Assembly: GCF_006345805.1 (NCBI RefSeq)
Contig: NC_043007.1
Location: 62,434,001 to 62,498,000 of the forward strand
Source of the DNA: Octopus sinensis
Taxonomy: Eukaryota
Length of the DNA: 64,000 nucleotides
Direction: 5' to 3'
This document shows positions 27,328-40,157 of this stretch, one piece after another. The position numbers and the translations under genes are program-made. The notes under the pieces were generated by a model. The model made no database searches, was not told where the DNA came from, and worked only from the letters and a program-made list of their open reading frames with translations. Within the stretch, counting starts at the first letter, position 1. Every line of letters begins with the position of its first letter.

Positions 27328-27879
27328 GCAACTTACAAATCAGCTGGGGCAATTTAAAATTTTTTCGAGAAAGCTGGTATCAAATGTCTTCCTAATGTGA
27401 GAACATAGTTTTGACTCCGAGGAGAAACTGAGTGAAAATCTGATTTCTTATAATACAAAACAATATACTCCACTGTTTGCAGTTTCTTTACCTGCATGTT
27501 ACAGTTTTGCGCATGTGTGTGTGTGCTTTATTCTGTGTCTTGTGCATGTACTTTTGGTTATCATTGCTGTCTTCATTTATTTGACTTATTGCTGTTTACT
27601 CTACCTTCTTTTACTTGTTTCTAATGAGTCAAAGTGCATCTGAGCTCTATATTCAATAAGCACATTATCATTATTATTGGTGAGCTAACTGAATCATTTG
27701 AACACTGGAAAAATTAGTTTGTTATACTTTCTGTGGCTCTTTATATTCTGAGTTCAAGTCTTGCTGAAGTCAACTTTTTCTTTCATACTTTGAGGGTGGG
27801 GGTCAGCAAAATAAAGTACTACTAAAGTATTGGGATTGATGTAATTGACTAAACCTGCATGCATAGCAGGCTTGCTACC

Positions 27880-28253
27880 TGCAGCCTATAGTATCATGCT
27901 ATCTGTTCTTTTCAACTATCTAATATTTTTCTGATTATTCTGGCATTTCCAAGGAGGCAAACTTTTTGTAACAGTTCTACTGGGCACTCTATTCCGATTT
28001 CCTTTATATTCCTCTTGATACCTTCTGATACTGTCCCTAAGACCCAACAAGGATTGGAACTATCTTCATCTTCATTTTCCATAGCCAGGATTGAATATAT
28101 TCACTTTTTCAACTTCTTGACTATTCGATGGTCAAAGGGGCATGCAACATCAACTATATGTTGATGTGGTGCATCTTGTCAACCACCACTAGGTCCAGTC
28201 TGTTATGTTCTAACACCTGATCTGTTTGGATTGGGAAATTCCAGAGGATTTTA
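27880..28253 (-). mobile_element. R4/Dong-clade LINE, restriction-like endonuclease (3') fragment
   Basis: KILWNFPIQTDQVLEHNRLDLVVVDK...VDVACPFDHRI (cf. RPDxV...D/ExxxPxD of RLE domains). Confidence 0.7.
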
Positions 28254-28575
28254 TTATTATATGAAGAGTGCAATGTGATTGTAATAGATATTTTATTGGT
28301 TGAATGATATTTTGACAGCTAGTGTGTATTTGTTAAGTTCAAAATGAAAAGTGATAAAAATTCAAAATCATAGAAATTCAAATCCAAAATATAGATGAGA
28401 GCAACCAGCATCCCCACACTGATGAAATAACATCATCAGTCTTAAAATTTCAAGTTGACAACTGGCAAAAAGAAAATATTTAATCAATCAGTTTTGTGTA
28501 AATATGAAATTCTCCTGTCAGTTTATTCATTCCTCCAGGGCATGATGTTAATAATCTGCAAACATATTTCTCCTC

Positions 28576-28980
28576 ATGCGTTTTTTGGGACAAATGTTAT
28601 CTGACAAACTTATTGACACTGGGTTGAAAATCATAGCAGAAAATTTTCCTGAAATTCTAATACAATCAACCATTTTTTTCTCACATGGAATTTCTAACAT
28701 ACAGTTCATACCACACACCGTTCATTCATCATATCAGGAACAGTCATTTTGTTTGTCAACCAATTTTTTTGGAGATGTTTATATTTATGACAGTTTGAAC
28801 TTACCAGTACCACAGACACTAACAGCACAAATAGTAACTCTGTACTCACCACAAACATAATTCCTTCAGTTCAAGAAATTCATATTATTAATCCCCAAGT
28901 TGGCTCATATGATTGTGGGCATTTTGCCCTAGTGTATGCATTTGAACTGGTCAGAAATGGATTACTTCTAGAAAAATGAC
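28576..28980 (+). pseudogene. Frameshifted Ulp1/SENP-like (C48) cysteine protease domain of mobile-element origin
   Basis: MLSDKLID, IHHIRNSHFV (His), VYIYDSL (Asp) and PQVGSYDCGHFALVYA (Gln, Cys) appear in the correct order across frameshifts. Confidence 0.65.
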
Positions 28981-29139
28981 TTCATACATGAACATTCAGA
29001 GCAATTTTTATCACCCAATTGATTCCATATTTTAAGTGAAAATTTCAAGCAAAGCTCAAAAGGTAGTCAGGAATCTAATGAAAGCAAGACTGTGAAAACC
29101 ACTTGCTCAAGAAAATTCATCACACTAGGGAATAAGTAG

Positions 29140-29298
29140 GTCATAAATTTATCTAAACTAAAACTTTCACCTGACAATGTCTCTATCTTGGAGCTTGGAC
29201 TGAGTTTCTGCCCAAGCACAAAGAATTTCAGTAAGAATAAATTAGCTCAAGGGCTATTTCAGTTTGTCCACCATCATAAACTGAAGAAATATTTTTTT
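29140..29298 (+). mobile_element. Penelope-like element ORF, N-terminal domain fragment
   Basis: VINLSKLKLSPDNVSILELGLSFCPSTK...LAQGLFQFVHHHKLKKYFF matches the PLE pattern VxNLSxxxLsxxExxxLxxGLxFxP...F.R.LrLk.yF. Confidence 0.65.
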
Positions 29299-29369
29299 TT
29301 AATAAAATGGTAATGAGAAGTCAGAAAACCTTTTGCTTACTGAAAATAAAAAAGGTGTTGTCTCATTAG

Positions 29370-30240
29370 ATCTTTGCATTTCTATTTTCAACGCTGCCTT
29401 CAAGATTGTGGTCATACCAATTTTTTGCTGTCAAGAACATACTTGTTGCAGAGTTTCCAATGGACAAGCCTGACTATATTGTCGTGCCATCTCTTATATT
29501 CCTTCTGGGCTAGTAGCATACATTGGCTGGTAATATGCCATACGGTTTCACCGTTTTGTCCACAGATTCTGCACTTAACACTTTCTGCTATGTTGTCTAT
29601 TCTGTATTTTATGTAGTTTGTTCTTAGTGTTTGCTCTTGGGCAGCACAGGTTATAGCCTCTGTTTCCGGTTTTAAATCTCTTTTAGTCATCCACAGCTAT
29701 CTTTTTTCTCTGTCTGTCTTATCTTCAAGCATCCCTATGAAATTGACCATGCATTCTTTTCTTTACCCACCTATTTTCAGTTTCCTTCGTTTTCAATTTC
29801 TTGTATAGTGCTTCATCTTTGCAATCTTTCATCCTACAAAAGCCTGACCTTCTTACTTCTAATAATAGCAGTTCTGTGGCATTTTTCACACACCATGCTA
29901 TGTTGTTTTCTTCTGCACTAATGCTGTGTTTGCATTGAATAAGTTCTCTTCCCCATCTTTTTTGTGGTACATACAGTCTGTCTGTGTCACTTTTTGGATG
30001 GAGTGACCCATACCTAGTTAGCAACTTCCTTGCCTTTCTGTCTAAGCTGTTTAGTTCGTCTACTGTCCATGCAATAACCCCTGCTCCATATCTAAGGAGT
30101 GAAACCGCCCAGGTGTTGATAGCTTCAATCTTATTCCATCCATTTAATTTTGACTTAAGGATCAGTTTCAGTCTGTGCAAGTACTCCACCTTAAATTTTT
30201 CTGTCATTTCTTTCTCCATCAATTTATCCATTTATCTATC
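29370..30240 (-). mobile_element. R4/Dong-clade LINE: RT C-terminus and CCHC zinc knuckle
   Basis: LKSKLNGWNKIEAINTWAVSLLRY...LDRKARKLLT...LHPKSDTDRLY and ETEAITCAAQEQ...KCRICGQNGETVWHITSQC. Confidence 0.85.
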
Positions 30241-30247
30241 ATTATCA

Positions 30248-31220
30248 TTACCTCCACCTTAGCGAAGGCGGAGGTATTGTTTTCAGTCGTGTTTGTTTGT
30301 TTGTTTACCCATGGACAAGATATCAAGAACCGCTGGATGGATTCAGATGAAACTATCAGATGTTTGGCCTCGTGGCTGGCATGAACTGATTAGATTTTGA
30401 GACAAAGATTCTGGATTATTTGTTATATTTACTTTACATGAATTATTACGATCTTATGTTGACTTTCAAGTCTTTCTCTGATTATCTCCCTTGAAAGCAC
30501 ACTCATGATTTCCACGTAAGTTATGGCAGCATTGCTGTTTCCAAAGTTTTATTTTCGTTCCTCTATTATTAATTTTACTTGCATCTCTATTTTAGTAAAA
30601 ACTGATGGATAAAGAAATCAAACTACATAAAGAAATGGCAGCAAAACCGTTAAGAAATTAAATAACACTAACATATTCAGTAACAATAATATATTTGATT
30701 TATACTTGATAATTTTTAGTTTTACCAATTTTTAATATATCGCTCCTATTTAAAACCTCTTACCTACTTGATAATTGCATTTCTAGAACTGCCTTGAGAG
30801 CAGTTTTACTTCTTGGACTCAAGTTTTTGTGTGCAATGTTGTTAAACCTCCGTTAATGGCATTGTATGCAGGTCCTTTCCATTTTCTTTCATGCACGGAT
30901 ATATTTTTCACTATAGACCTTAATGATCATAAAGACACTATATCCGTGGATAGACTAAAAAAGGCCCTCATAGAGAAAACTGTCCCTGTTTCCACTGCAG
31001 ATGACACACAGCATTACAAACATGGCCCATACACCCACCTTCACATTTCATGACTACCATTGGGATTTTGGATTATTTTCCTAGTTCTTTTGTTTAATTT
31101 TTGAGAGTGGTTGGGTTCATTTTTAGTATTCTCATTTGTGAGAGCAGTTGAGTTTATTTCGGATATTCTCATTTTAAAAATCATCTCTGGCGGAGGTTTG
31201 CACTCTCTGAGTGCTCTTGT
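30248..31220 (+). mobile_element. Helentron-associated non-autonomous element (HINE/DINE-1-like)
   Basis: 5' palindromic subterminal repeat tacctccacc-ttagcgaa-ggcggaggta, (GTTT)n microsatellite, and a 3' ggcggaggt followed by hairpin gcactc-tct-gagtgc. Confidence 0.75.
30820..30970 (+). mobile_element. Ty3/Gypsy integrase C-terminal (GPY/F) fragment inside the HINE
   Basis: VVKPPLMALYAGPFHFL...FTIDLNDHKDTISVDRLKKA (cf. PPLQPPYxGPYxV...DTVSIDRLKPA). Confidence 0.7.
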
Positions 31221-31230
31221 TATTATTATT

Positions 31231-31443
31231 AAGGCGGTGAGCTGGCAGAATTGTTAGCACACCTGGCAAAATGCTTAGTGGCATTTCATCCGTCCTTACG
31301 TTCTGAGTTCAAATTCTGCTGAGGTCAACTTTGCTTTTCATCCTTTCAGGATTGATAAATTAAGTACCAGTGAAACACTGGGTTCGATGTAATTGACTTA
31401 ATCCCCTCCCACAAGCTGCCCTTGTGGCAAAAATTTGAAATCG
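31231..31443 (+). mobile_element. tRNA-derived SINE (family of 15799)
   Basis: aaggcggtgagctggcagaa...gagttcaaattc...ttcatcctttc...agtacc, with an (ATT)n tail. Confidence 0.8.
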
Positions 31444-31489
31444 TTATTATTATTATTATTATTATTATTATTTGATAGTGATGAACTCA

Positions 31490-33110
31490 TCTTCACTGAC
31501 ACTGAGAAGAAAAAGTCATAAAAATAATACTATGGGTGGTTGCTGAATGAGGAAAAAGTATGTCATAAAAAGAGTGCTTAGCCCATGTGGGTCCAACAAA
31601 GAGAACTTCTGTTGAGGGTTGGTTGCTTAATTGGTAAAAAGAACCATTGACCCTTTAGTGTTTAAATCAGTCATATCCAGCCAAAATATTCTACTTGTCA
31701 TTCTAGAAATATACAACCATGTCATTGAAATTTCAAATCTATGAGCTAATACATGATTAATTCAAAACAATGTGAATAAATAAGTGTTGCATTTGATAGA
31801 GTAATGTGAATGCTAAAGGGTTAAATATATAGAGGCAAAGAAAGCAGCTGAACCACAGCTGTGAAGTTGACCATGTACTTCTTATGTAGTTAATCAAATA
31901 AACAGTGCAGAGTTATCCAATGCTTGATATAGCAGCAGCTTGTGAACTGCTACAAGGGTAAAGGAGATGCTTTGACAGAAGCATTAAACTGACTAAATCA
32001 TGGCAGTAGGAGAGGAAAGCTAATCAAGGAGAGAACTCTGTCAGCTGAATTACAGTTTGGATTTGTGCTTCAGGATATGAATCATCTTTATGAATCATCT
32101 GCAATAGTAGCTCTTAGCCAAGAACAACTCATTGTATGTAGCACTTGTTGGTTTAGAAACGGTTTTTTGATGCAGCACCATGGTCAGTAGTCTAGTGGAC
32201 ACTTGGAAAACTGTAGGAGTAGATAAATTGTTTTTAAGAGCCTTGCAAGGCTTCTGTAAATGTGTTGTTACAAAAGTGGGAGTTAGCAATGAGTTAGTAT
32301 ACTGGTAGATGTCTGTCAGGGTTTGGTTCTAAACCCTCTCTTGTTTATTATACTGTGAATAATAACAGTGAAGTTAAAGACAGACAATCGATAATAACCA
32401 CTGTATGCCCATGACCTGTCTCATAGCCAAATGAGCTGAATATGGATAAAGTTCATCAGAGCAGTGTCTGTAATGAAATAGCCAAATAAAAATTGATTTA
32501 ATGAACAATAAAGTCCAAGCAAAACAGAAAGTAAAATCTTACTACCAAATGGGAAATGGCTGTGCTTGATATGAAGAAAGATAAAAAGGTAGAAACTTTA
32601 TATTGTTATACTCTATGAAAACAATGGATACATTAAAAAGTGTTGTGACAACCCAAGCTGGCTGTGCAGGAGGGGTGAGTGCATCAAAGAAATGAACCCT
32701 TTACCAGAAGGCTTAACAGTGGGGAAAGTTCAAGGAGCTATTGCTTCTGTTGACAACAAAGTCTTTAAGTGAATGGCAGGCTAGATGATGTTCATGTACA
32801 AATAGTGATATTATATGTTAGAAGAGGATGTGCTAAAGCTGGGTAGAAATGAGGCAAGCATGTGCAATTTCATCAAGTGTGCTATGAGGAAAGTTTGGTG
32901 TCTGAATAACCTGCTATAATGTACAAGAGAGAAGACAGGAATGTTTGGACATGTGTACTTGAAGAATACAATTTAAGTGAAAAGGTCTTGAATGATGTAA
33001 GCAGGAGGAGACTACAGAAGAAGAAACTCAAGAAAGTCAGGCAGAAATGGTGATGGCTGACTTTGTTATACGAAGGAGACTGTGTCAAGTCGAGAGATAC
33101 TGTGTGTAAT
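31490..33110 (+). mobile_element. Highly decayed RTE-type LINE RT region, interrupted by a piggyBac-like MITE (31647-31824)
   Basis: Remnants QFGFV, LYVALVGLETVF (cf. AFVDLEKAFD), QGLVLNPLLF, LYAHD (cf. YADD) and FGHV appear in order. Confidence 0.6.
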
Positions 33111-34308
33111 CTAACCCACTTAACTCATACATCATCATCATCATCATTGTCTATTTTCTGTGCTGGCATGGGTTGGGTGAGGCATCAAGGATTGAGTCAC
33201 CTTCCATTAGGAGTCACAACTCCTAAATACTAGGTGCTTATATATGTTAACTAGCTTGGTTTCTATAGCTGGATGCCCTTCCTAATGCTAACCCCTTTGC
33301 TTTTATCAAGGCAGCATTGCTAGAGAGGCTGAATGAAGAAGTGGACATAAATATGATAATGGTGCCATGAGATTTTCTCTAAATGAACTAAGATGAGTGT
33401 GTATCTTTGTATAACTAGTTGTTTTCCATTTCCTTGTGAAACAAATGTCTTTACACCTTTTATGAGGTTAGAGCTTTCTTATAAGAACAAGCTGTTGGCA
33501 CCATGCCTAATTAGGATAAACTTCATCTGAGTGTCTTTGTGTGATCTGCTTTCTACAACATGCTAAATGATACGGCTCAACTATTATTTTATTCTTTTTC
33601 CTGTGCTAGATATTTACAAAATGTGCCTTATTAATTCCTTATGGAACACACTCTTTTATAATGAATCACTTTCTTTTTTACATATTTCTGCTTCAGCATT
33701 GTCACTGTTTCCATCGCGCATGTGTGTGTGTGTGTGTGCGTGTGCGCATGCGTGTATGTGTGTGCATGTGCACATGCACACATTTTCCTTACAATAACCA
33801 ACTTGAACCTCACATGGACAGCCTGTCATTGTTTATCCAATTGTTTCAGAGTAAATATTACTATCATTACTGCTGCAGTTGCTGCTGTTGCTGCTATTAT
33901 TGGATTTTTTCTTTCTGGTTTGTTACATGCACTTGAATGCATATGCATGAGAGTAAACTAAGTATATATTTCTTTTTTGTGTACATTTTTACTAGTTCAT
34001 ATGCATATTTGCATGTGTGTGTGTGTGTCTCTGTGTATATTTGCATATTTATGTTTGTAGCAAGTTAGACATAAGTAATAAATAGTAATAAAAAAATTGT
34101 GATTTAAGAAGATCATAAACAGATACTAGTTTGGCACTGACAGGTTGAAATGACATGACCTTTTATAGCAGAATTTGGTAAGTTTCTCATCACCTATCAA
34201 AATTGTTTATAATAGAATCTTACACACATTTTAAGTATGAAGTACCAACAACAGTATGTTCACATTGAATTATTATTATTACTGTTGTTGTTGCTGTTAT
34301 TATTATTG

Positions 34309-34374
<66 letters not shown>

Positions 34375-34378
<4 letters not shown>

Positions 34379-34770
34379 GAGTGAGAGAGCAGTGCATGCC
34401 ATCAAAGTGACACTGGGGTAAAATATACAAAGCTTAGTCTACCCATCATGACTACCTGTCTGATAAGGGTACACTAGGCACATGCATCACAACCATGTGT
34501 GTGCGACATGGCGATCTCATATCAAGATAAACAGTGCATGACTTTGCAGGTGGAGCCCAGTTAGAATTTCCTTCAGGTCAAGTAGCCCATCCCACTCAAA
34601 TGGTCCCTGAATAAGGGTTGTATGAAAGATCCATGTTTCCAAAGGTGAATTATCCAAACCCCAAAGAATTCCTCTCAACACATGGCTGTGATGCTTCCTC
34701 ACTATGTCTGCTTGTGATCAGAGATACACATATTGACAGCCACCAAGGGACATGCTCAACTGATTAAGGT
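34375..34770. repeat. Unclassified interspersed repeat next to an (ATT)n tract
   Basis: GC-richer block starting gagtgagagagcagtgcatgccatc. It resembles a common octopus repeat by recall only. Confidence 0.4.
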
Positions 34771-35182
34771 TCAACTTTGCCTTTCATTCTTCTACAATCA
34801 ATAAAATTAAGTACCTGTGAAATACTGGGTTTGATGGTATTGACTTACCTTCTCCCGTCTGTAAATGTGATTATAAGTTTTAGTATTGGTTTAAAGGTTT
34901 TGCTAAATTTATGTTGTCATTTCTGGGTATTAGTAGTCTATGCAGGAATAAATCAGTGAAGCATAACATCTCTAGTTGTAGTTCATATTTTATATAGAAT
35001 ATGAACATCTTATATTGTGCTATTATAAATCACTTTCAGGGCACCTTCATGTCATCTTGTCTTTCATATTATTGTTACTGCCAATGCAATAAACTTTATC
35101 TGTCGAGTTGCAGTATTTGTTTTGCAGCATTTCTAAACAGATCACACACTATGATTAACTGGCCCCTCACATACACACATGT

Positions 35183-35223
<41 letters not shown>

Positions 35224-35974
35224 ACACACACACACACACACATACATACACACACACAATCAAAATACTTTGTAATATTCTGTATTAGATACATTTATCA
35301 CTTTGATATTACTTTTTTTGTCTTATAAAATTTGAAGTAAACCTGCAATAGTGTTTTTAAATAATCTAATTTTTTTTATTTAAGTGTATGTTTGAAGATA
35401 ATAAATTTAACTTCAAAGTTTTAGAATTTTGATTTTTCCATTCATCTAAGATAGTTTCTCCTTGATTCAGAGTTGGTCAGTAATAAAGCTGTATTTTACT
35501 ATAATTTAAAAATGCTTCTTTCCTCTGCTCAAGTCATCAGCCTTTCACCTTAAGGTAATTCATTTTGATATCTTAAGATGTTTCTTGTATTTGGTATTTA
35601 ATGGTTTGATATAAAATACTCATTGTACAGTCACAGCTTCTGCTTAAGTGATGAGAGTGACTTCCCAAAAGCTAGGTTCCATTGCTAATTACAGATATCA
35701 ATAACTGTTGATTATGTATTTTTTTCACTAATCTGTTTTGAACAGACTCTTTTTTCCTTAAGATGTAGCTTTAAATTCTTTCTATGTAATCACTACAAGT
35801 CAATATATTTATATAACCTTTGCTTAGGATTTTTAAAAGAGTGAAGTCAGTTTTTAAAGGATCTCATTTGCATAAATGAAAGCTATATGTTTTATTAGTT
35901 TTGGTAGCTTTAAATGATCACTAGCAGCCTCATTTAACTTGTCCCAATATCATTGCAAACATATTATATATATA

Positions 35975-37061
35975 TCTCTATATATAAAACTCAACTTGTG
36001 TGTCTGTGTGTGTATCTGTGTGTGTGTCTGTGTGTTTAACTTCTCGGCACATCTCCTCCTAGCCAACAAATCGTAGAACCACCAAAAATGGGTCACTTAA
36101 AGTTTAGGCAAATGAAAATTGAACTGTGCTATTTCTGTTCCGAAATTCATCTCGCAAGTGCAAAAATCGATAATGTGTTTGTTTAGGCCTTATCCCATGC
36201 ATTAAATAGTGAACTTTACTCAGTCAGCTGTTTGACGTGAACTGTGTTCACCATGCGTAAATTGCATGAAAAATAAAAAATCAAGATATAAAAACGAATC
36301 GCCATAAACATTGTAGAAATTCGGCAAAGAAATGAATTTTCGGGATGTAGCCTGGAGGGTTTTTTCGTATTAATCGTTTGGACTTTGTGAACACATACCA
36401 ATTGTTTTCATAACATTTTTAACGCTTTGAATTAAATGTGACCATTTTGCGTTGAGTCTGCAGTTTGAATCACTTTAACCAAATTTTAGCAGGCCGGATT
36501 TTTGATCATCACAATACATCGCCAGCGACTCCCTGAAACTCTCCCCTGAAATCCCCATTGAGAAATCTATATATATAAAACTCAACTTGTGTGTCTGTGT
36601 GTGTGTCTGTGTGTTTAACTTTTGGATCTACCAAGTTTCATTATTAAGGATGGAAAGTAGTGTGTAGCAAATCTATATATATAAAGCTGAAGTTGTCTGT
36701 GTGTGGCAGGTTTGGTAGCCTTCAACTAACACTATCTCCTTCGAGACCCTGCAGCGCAAGTTGACCAAAATTGAGAGTATGATAGAAGAAAGCTTGCTCT
36801 TCATTCTGTAGAAGATAAAATTCAAATTGGACCATGTTAACACCAAAAATTATTTACATCAAAAAGGTGCTTTTTTTCTATGAAAATCCCTATTTTTTTA
36901 CGATTTTTGACTGCTGTGTCACCATTTTTCGGCGTATTTCAACTGGAAAAATGTTCACTTGAAGAGAATAACAAGTTGCATAATGCAAAATTTTTACTTC
37001 TCAAAAATTCCAATTCTAAAGGGTCGAAACAAACCCAAGCAACACTGGGTGATACTGCTAG
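35975..37061 (+). mobile_element. Composite non-autonomous Helitron (three stacked 5' ends, one 3' end)
   Basis: TCTATATAT(AT)AAA starts at about 35977, 36566 and 36672. The 3' hairpin accca...tgggt is followed by CTAG (37058-37061) and then T. Confidence 0.7.
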
Positions 37062-37093
<32 letters not shown>

Positions 37094-37737
37094 TGCAACA
37101 TGCATGTATATAAAAAGCAATCTGTATATACCATTTAACCCTTTAGCATTTAAACTGATCATATCATGCCCAAATATTCTACCTTGTTCTGCGTTCAAAC
37201 TGGCTAGATTCAGCCTCTCACGCTACAGGGTACTACAATGTCATTCTAAAGACAAACAAGCACAACATCAAAATCTGTACATTTTCATAAATGTTTGTTT
37301 GAGTAGAATTCTAAGAAAGTGTGAAACATCGGATGAAATGATACATTAGAAGCAAATCAAAATATTGTCTGAAAATGAACTCAAAATTGTGCAACCCAAT
37401 GTAGTTGTTGGGGTTATTTTAGTTGTAAAGAGTTGTTGAGTCAAAAACAGTTTATTTGGTTGATAGATAATAAGCAGTTTTCATTATTATAATACTCATG
37501 TGACTAATTCGGAGAACCATTACTTTCATTATTCACACATCGTCACTCTCATAATGCAACACTTTGTAATTTTGGTTCAAATTGAAAGCGTGAAACTATT
37601 TTCATTTTGTAATGAAACCTGGTCGTTGTAGAGAAGAGAATTTGAAATAACTATAGCTGGTTAATTGAGATAACGTAGAAAATATGTAAATGAAAATAAA
37701 GTTTAATTAATGTATGTAATTGATTTGATTGTTCTGG

Positions 37738-37940
37738 AAGGTGGCGAGCTAGCAGAATCATTAGCATGCCGAGCAAAATGCTTGAGTGGTATTTTGCTTG
37801 TTTAAATGCTTTCGGGGTCAAGTTTGGCTTTCATTCTTTCAGGGTCGATAAATTAAGTACTGGTGAGACACTGGGGCTGATGTCATCAACTGGTTCCCTC
37901 CACTGAAATTTCAGGCCTCGTGCCTATAGTAGAAAGGATT
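37738..37940 (+). mobile_element. tRNA-derived SINE (family of 15799)
   Basis: aaggtggcgagctagcagaatc...gggtcgataaattaagtac. Confidence 0.75.
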
Positions 37941-39062
37941 TGATTGTTCTGGTCTTAACATCAGTTGGTAAGAACAGAAGTCATTTGACGACACCCTTTT
38001 GTTTGTAATTGGCTATCCTGTTGCGGGCTCAACCCGAAGAATATTGAAATAATATCAATCTTGTCCATTCTACAGAATAAGAGTATACTGGAGAGAATCA
38101 TAAGAGGAACGAGTCTGTGAAACACGTTTAAGGTTGTTATCTTGAACACAAATGAGAATATCATGATTTTCAATGGGATCACCAACCATAAGGATGGCTA
38201 CTTCATTAGATGTGGGCTCATTAAAACAGCATAAAATGTTCTTTACTACAGTTTATTATAGACGTAACGAATGCAGAAACACACACATACACACTCATAG
38301 AATTGATGATATTGAAAACAGCAAAATATACACACATGAAGTTCAAGAGAAACGAAATGTAGTCAATATAGGTGCAAAACATACTTTCTGTAGCATAGTT
38401 ATGCTCTAAAAAAATGGAAAGTCACCAATTTAGCAAAGTTAGTATGCATCACCAATGTAAGAAAGTACATAAAGTCAACATTTATTTGGAACATGTACTA
38501 AATGTTATAAAATTCACAATTGAATGAATGTCACAGTGAAGAAGGTGAAAGTCCAAGAAAATTCAGAAGGCATAATTCAATTTCTCATACAAAAATAATT
38601 TATTTTACAATTTTGAAACGAATGCTGAACCAAGTGTATAAAAAGGAAGATGTTGTTTTTGAACTGTGTAACATTATAGGCTGTAGAATAAATACGGAGT
38701 AACGCAGAAAAAAGGTTGTGTGACGTTGATACAGTGATGAAGAATACAAGGACTGTTAAAAAACATTATCTTGAAGCTAGTTAGAAGAAGTGGAATAACA
38801 TTTTTGTAATTATATTGAAAGAGCTGCTAAGGCTGTCTGCTTCGCCAAGTTTCCAAATTTGTTATAATAACCAGAATAATATTTTTTTCAGATATATTTG
38901 CAAGTATTGTGAGTGGTGTTAAATCAGCCAAATCTTCATATTGGTAGTACTTGAAAGTGAACATTGTTGTTTGTTTGAAGTCCAGGCTGCAAGTAAAGTT
39001 TCGATATCGGCACGTTTCACTGTTGGAGGTGGGGGGGAAGAAGTTATTATGTGCATAAAGTA

Positions 39063-39094
<32 letters not shown>

Positions 39095-39413
39095 ACGTAT
39101 ATTAATGCATATGTGAGGCCTATCTCTATCCCTGTGTGTGTTTACCTCTGTCTTTAGATGTGTGTGTGTGTGTGTGTGCGGGCGTGTGTGTGTGTGTGTG
39201 TCAGTCATCACAAAAATGTCTGTATATTGACAGACAGAAACACCGGCACACACATACTTGTCAGTCAGCAGCCTAACACATATAGAAAATGTGATGTCAT
39301 CGTCATTGTGGTGGTGGCGAAAGAGGTCATTTACAATAGGTAACTAAAAGAAAAATGATAATCTTAAATTTTTTTAATGCAAATAAGTGAATGAAAATAT
39401 AGTTTAGTTGGTA

Positions 39414-40157
39414 GGATCTTTTCCTTTTGAACAGCAGTTTTCAACACAATTTCTAGTTAACTAAACACTTTTAAACTTCATATACTGGTAAAATGTGTCA
39501 AAATAAAACATTTTTTTCTCTTGGCTTTCTTGAGAAAATTGTAATTTGTAAGTTTAACGTAGTTTAATTTTTCGAATTTTAACCAATCGATGGCCTCTAT
39601 TGAGCTAAAATCATTTGCTGTGTCTAAAACTGAGACAACATCCTGTCACTAACCCTAACCCTAACACTAACCCTAACCCTATTCCTAACCCTAACACTAA
39701 CCCTAACCCTAAATTTTAGCTTTCGTTTTTTTTTCTTAATTGTTAAATTAATTTAATTGTTACGCGTGTCTAAAATTATTCGTTTTGTTTTTGTTTTGAG
39801 ATACACGTGTATTGTTTAAACTATTTTCCATTGCTTAAGAAAAAAAAACGAAAGCAATGGAAAATAATTTAAACAATTAACAAACAAAATAATTCTATAA
39901 TTTTATACACACGCTTTCCGTACGTAAACATAAAAGTGACAGGATGTTGTCTCAGTTTTAGACACAGCAAATGATTTTAGCTCAATAGAGACCATTGATT
40001 GATTAAAATTTGAAAAATTAAACTACTTTAAACTTACAAATTACAATTTTCTCAAGAAAGCCAAGAGAAAAAATGTTTTATTTTGACACATTCTACCAGT
40101 ATACGAAGTTTAAAAGTGTTTAGTTAACTAGAAATTGTGTTGAAAAGGAAAAGATCC
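39414..40157. mobile_element. Merlin-like non-autonomous DNA transposon with long TIRs and internal telomeric repeat
   Basis: TIRs 39414-39650 and 39935-40157 begin GGATC. An 8-bp TSD AGTTGGTA/AGTTGATA has one mismatch. (CCCTAA)n lies at 39649-39712. The superfamily is inferred from the GG termini plus 8-bp TSD. Confidence 0.7.

Noticed and set aside
39649-39712. True telomere or chromosome fusion site
   Set aside because: The tract is short, degenerate, in one orientation and enclosed within transposon TIRs.
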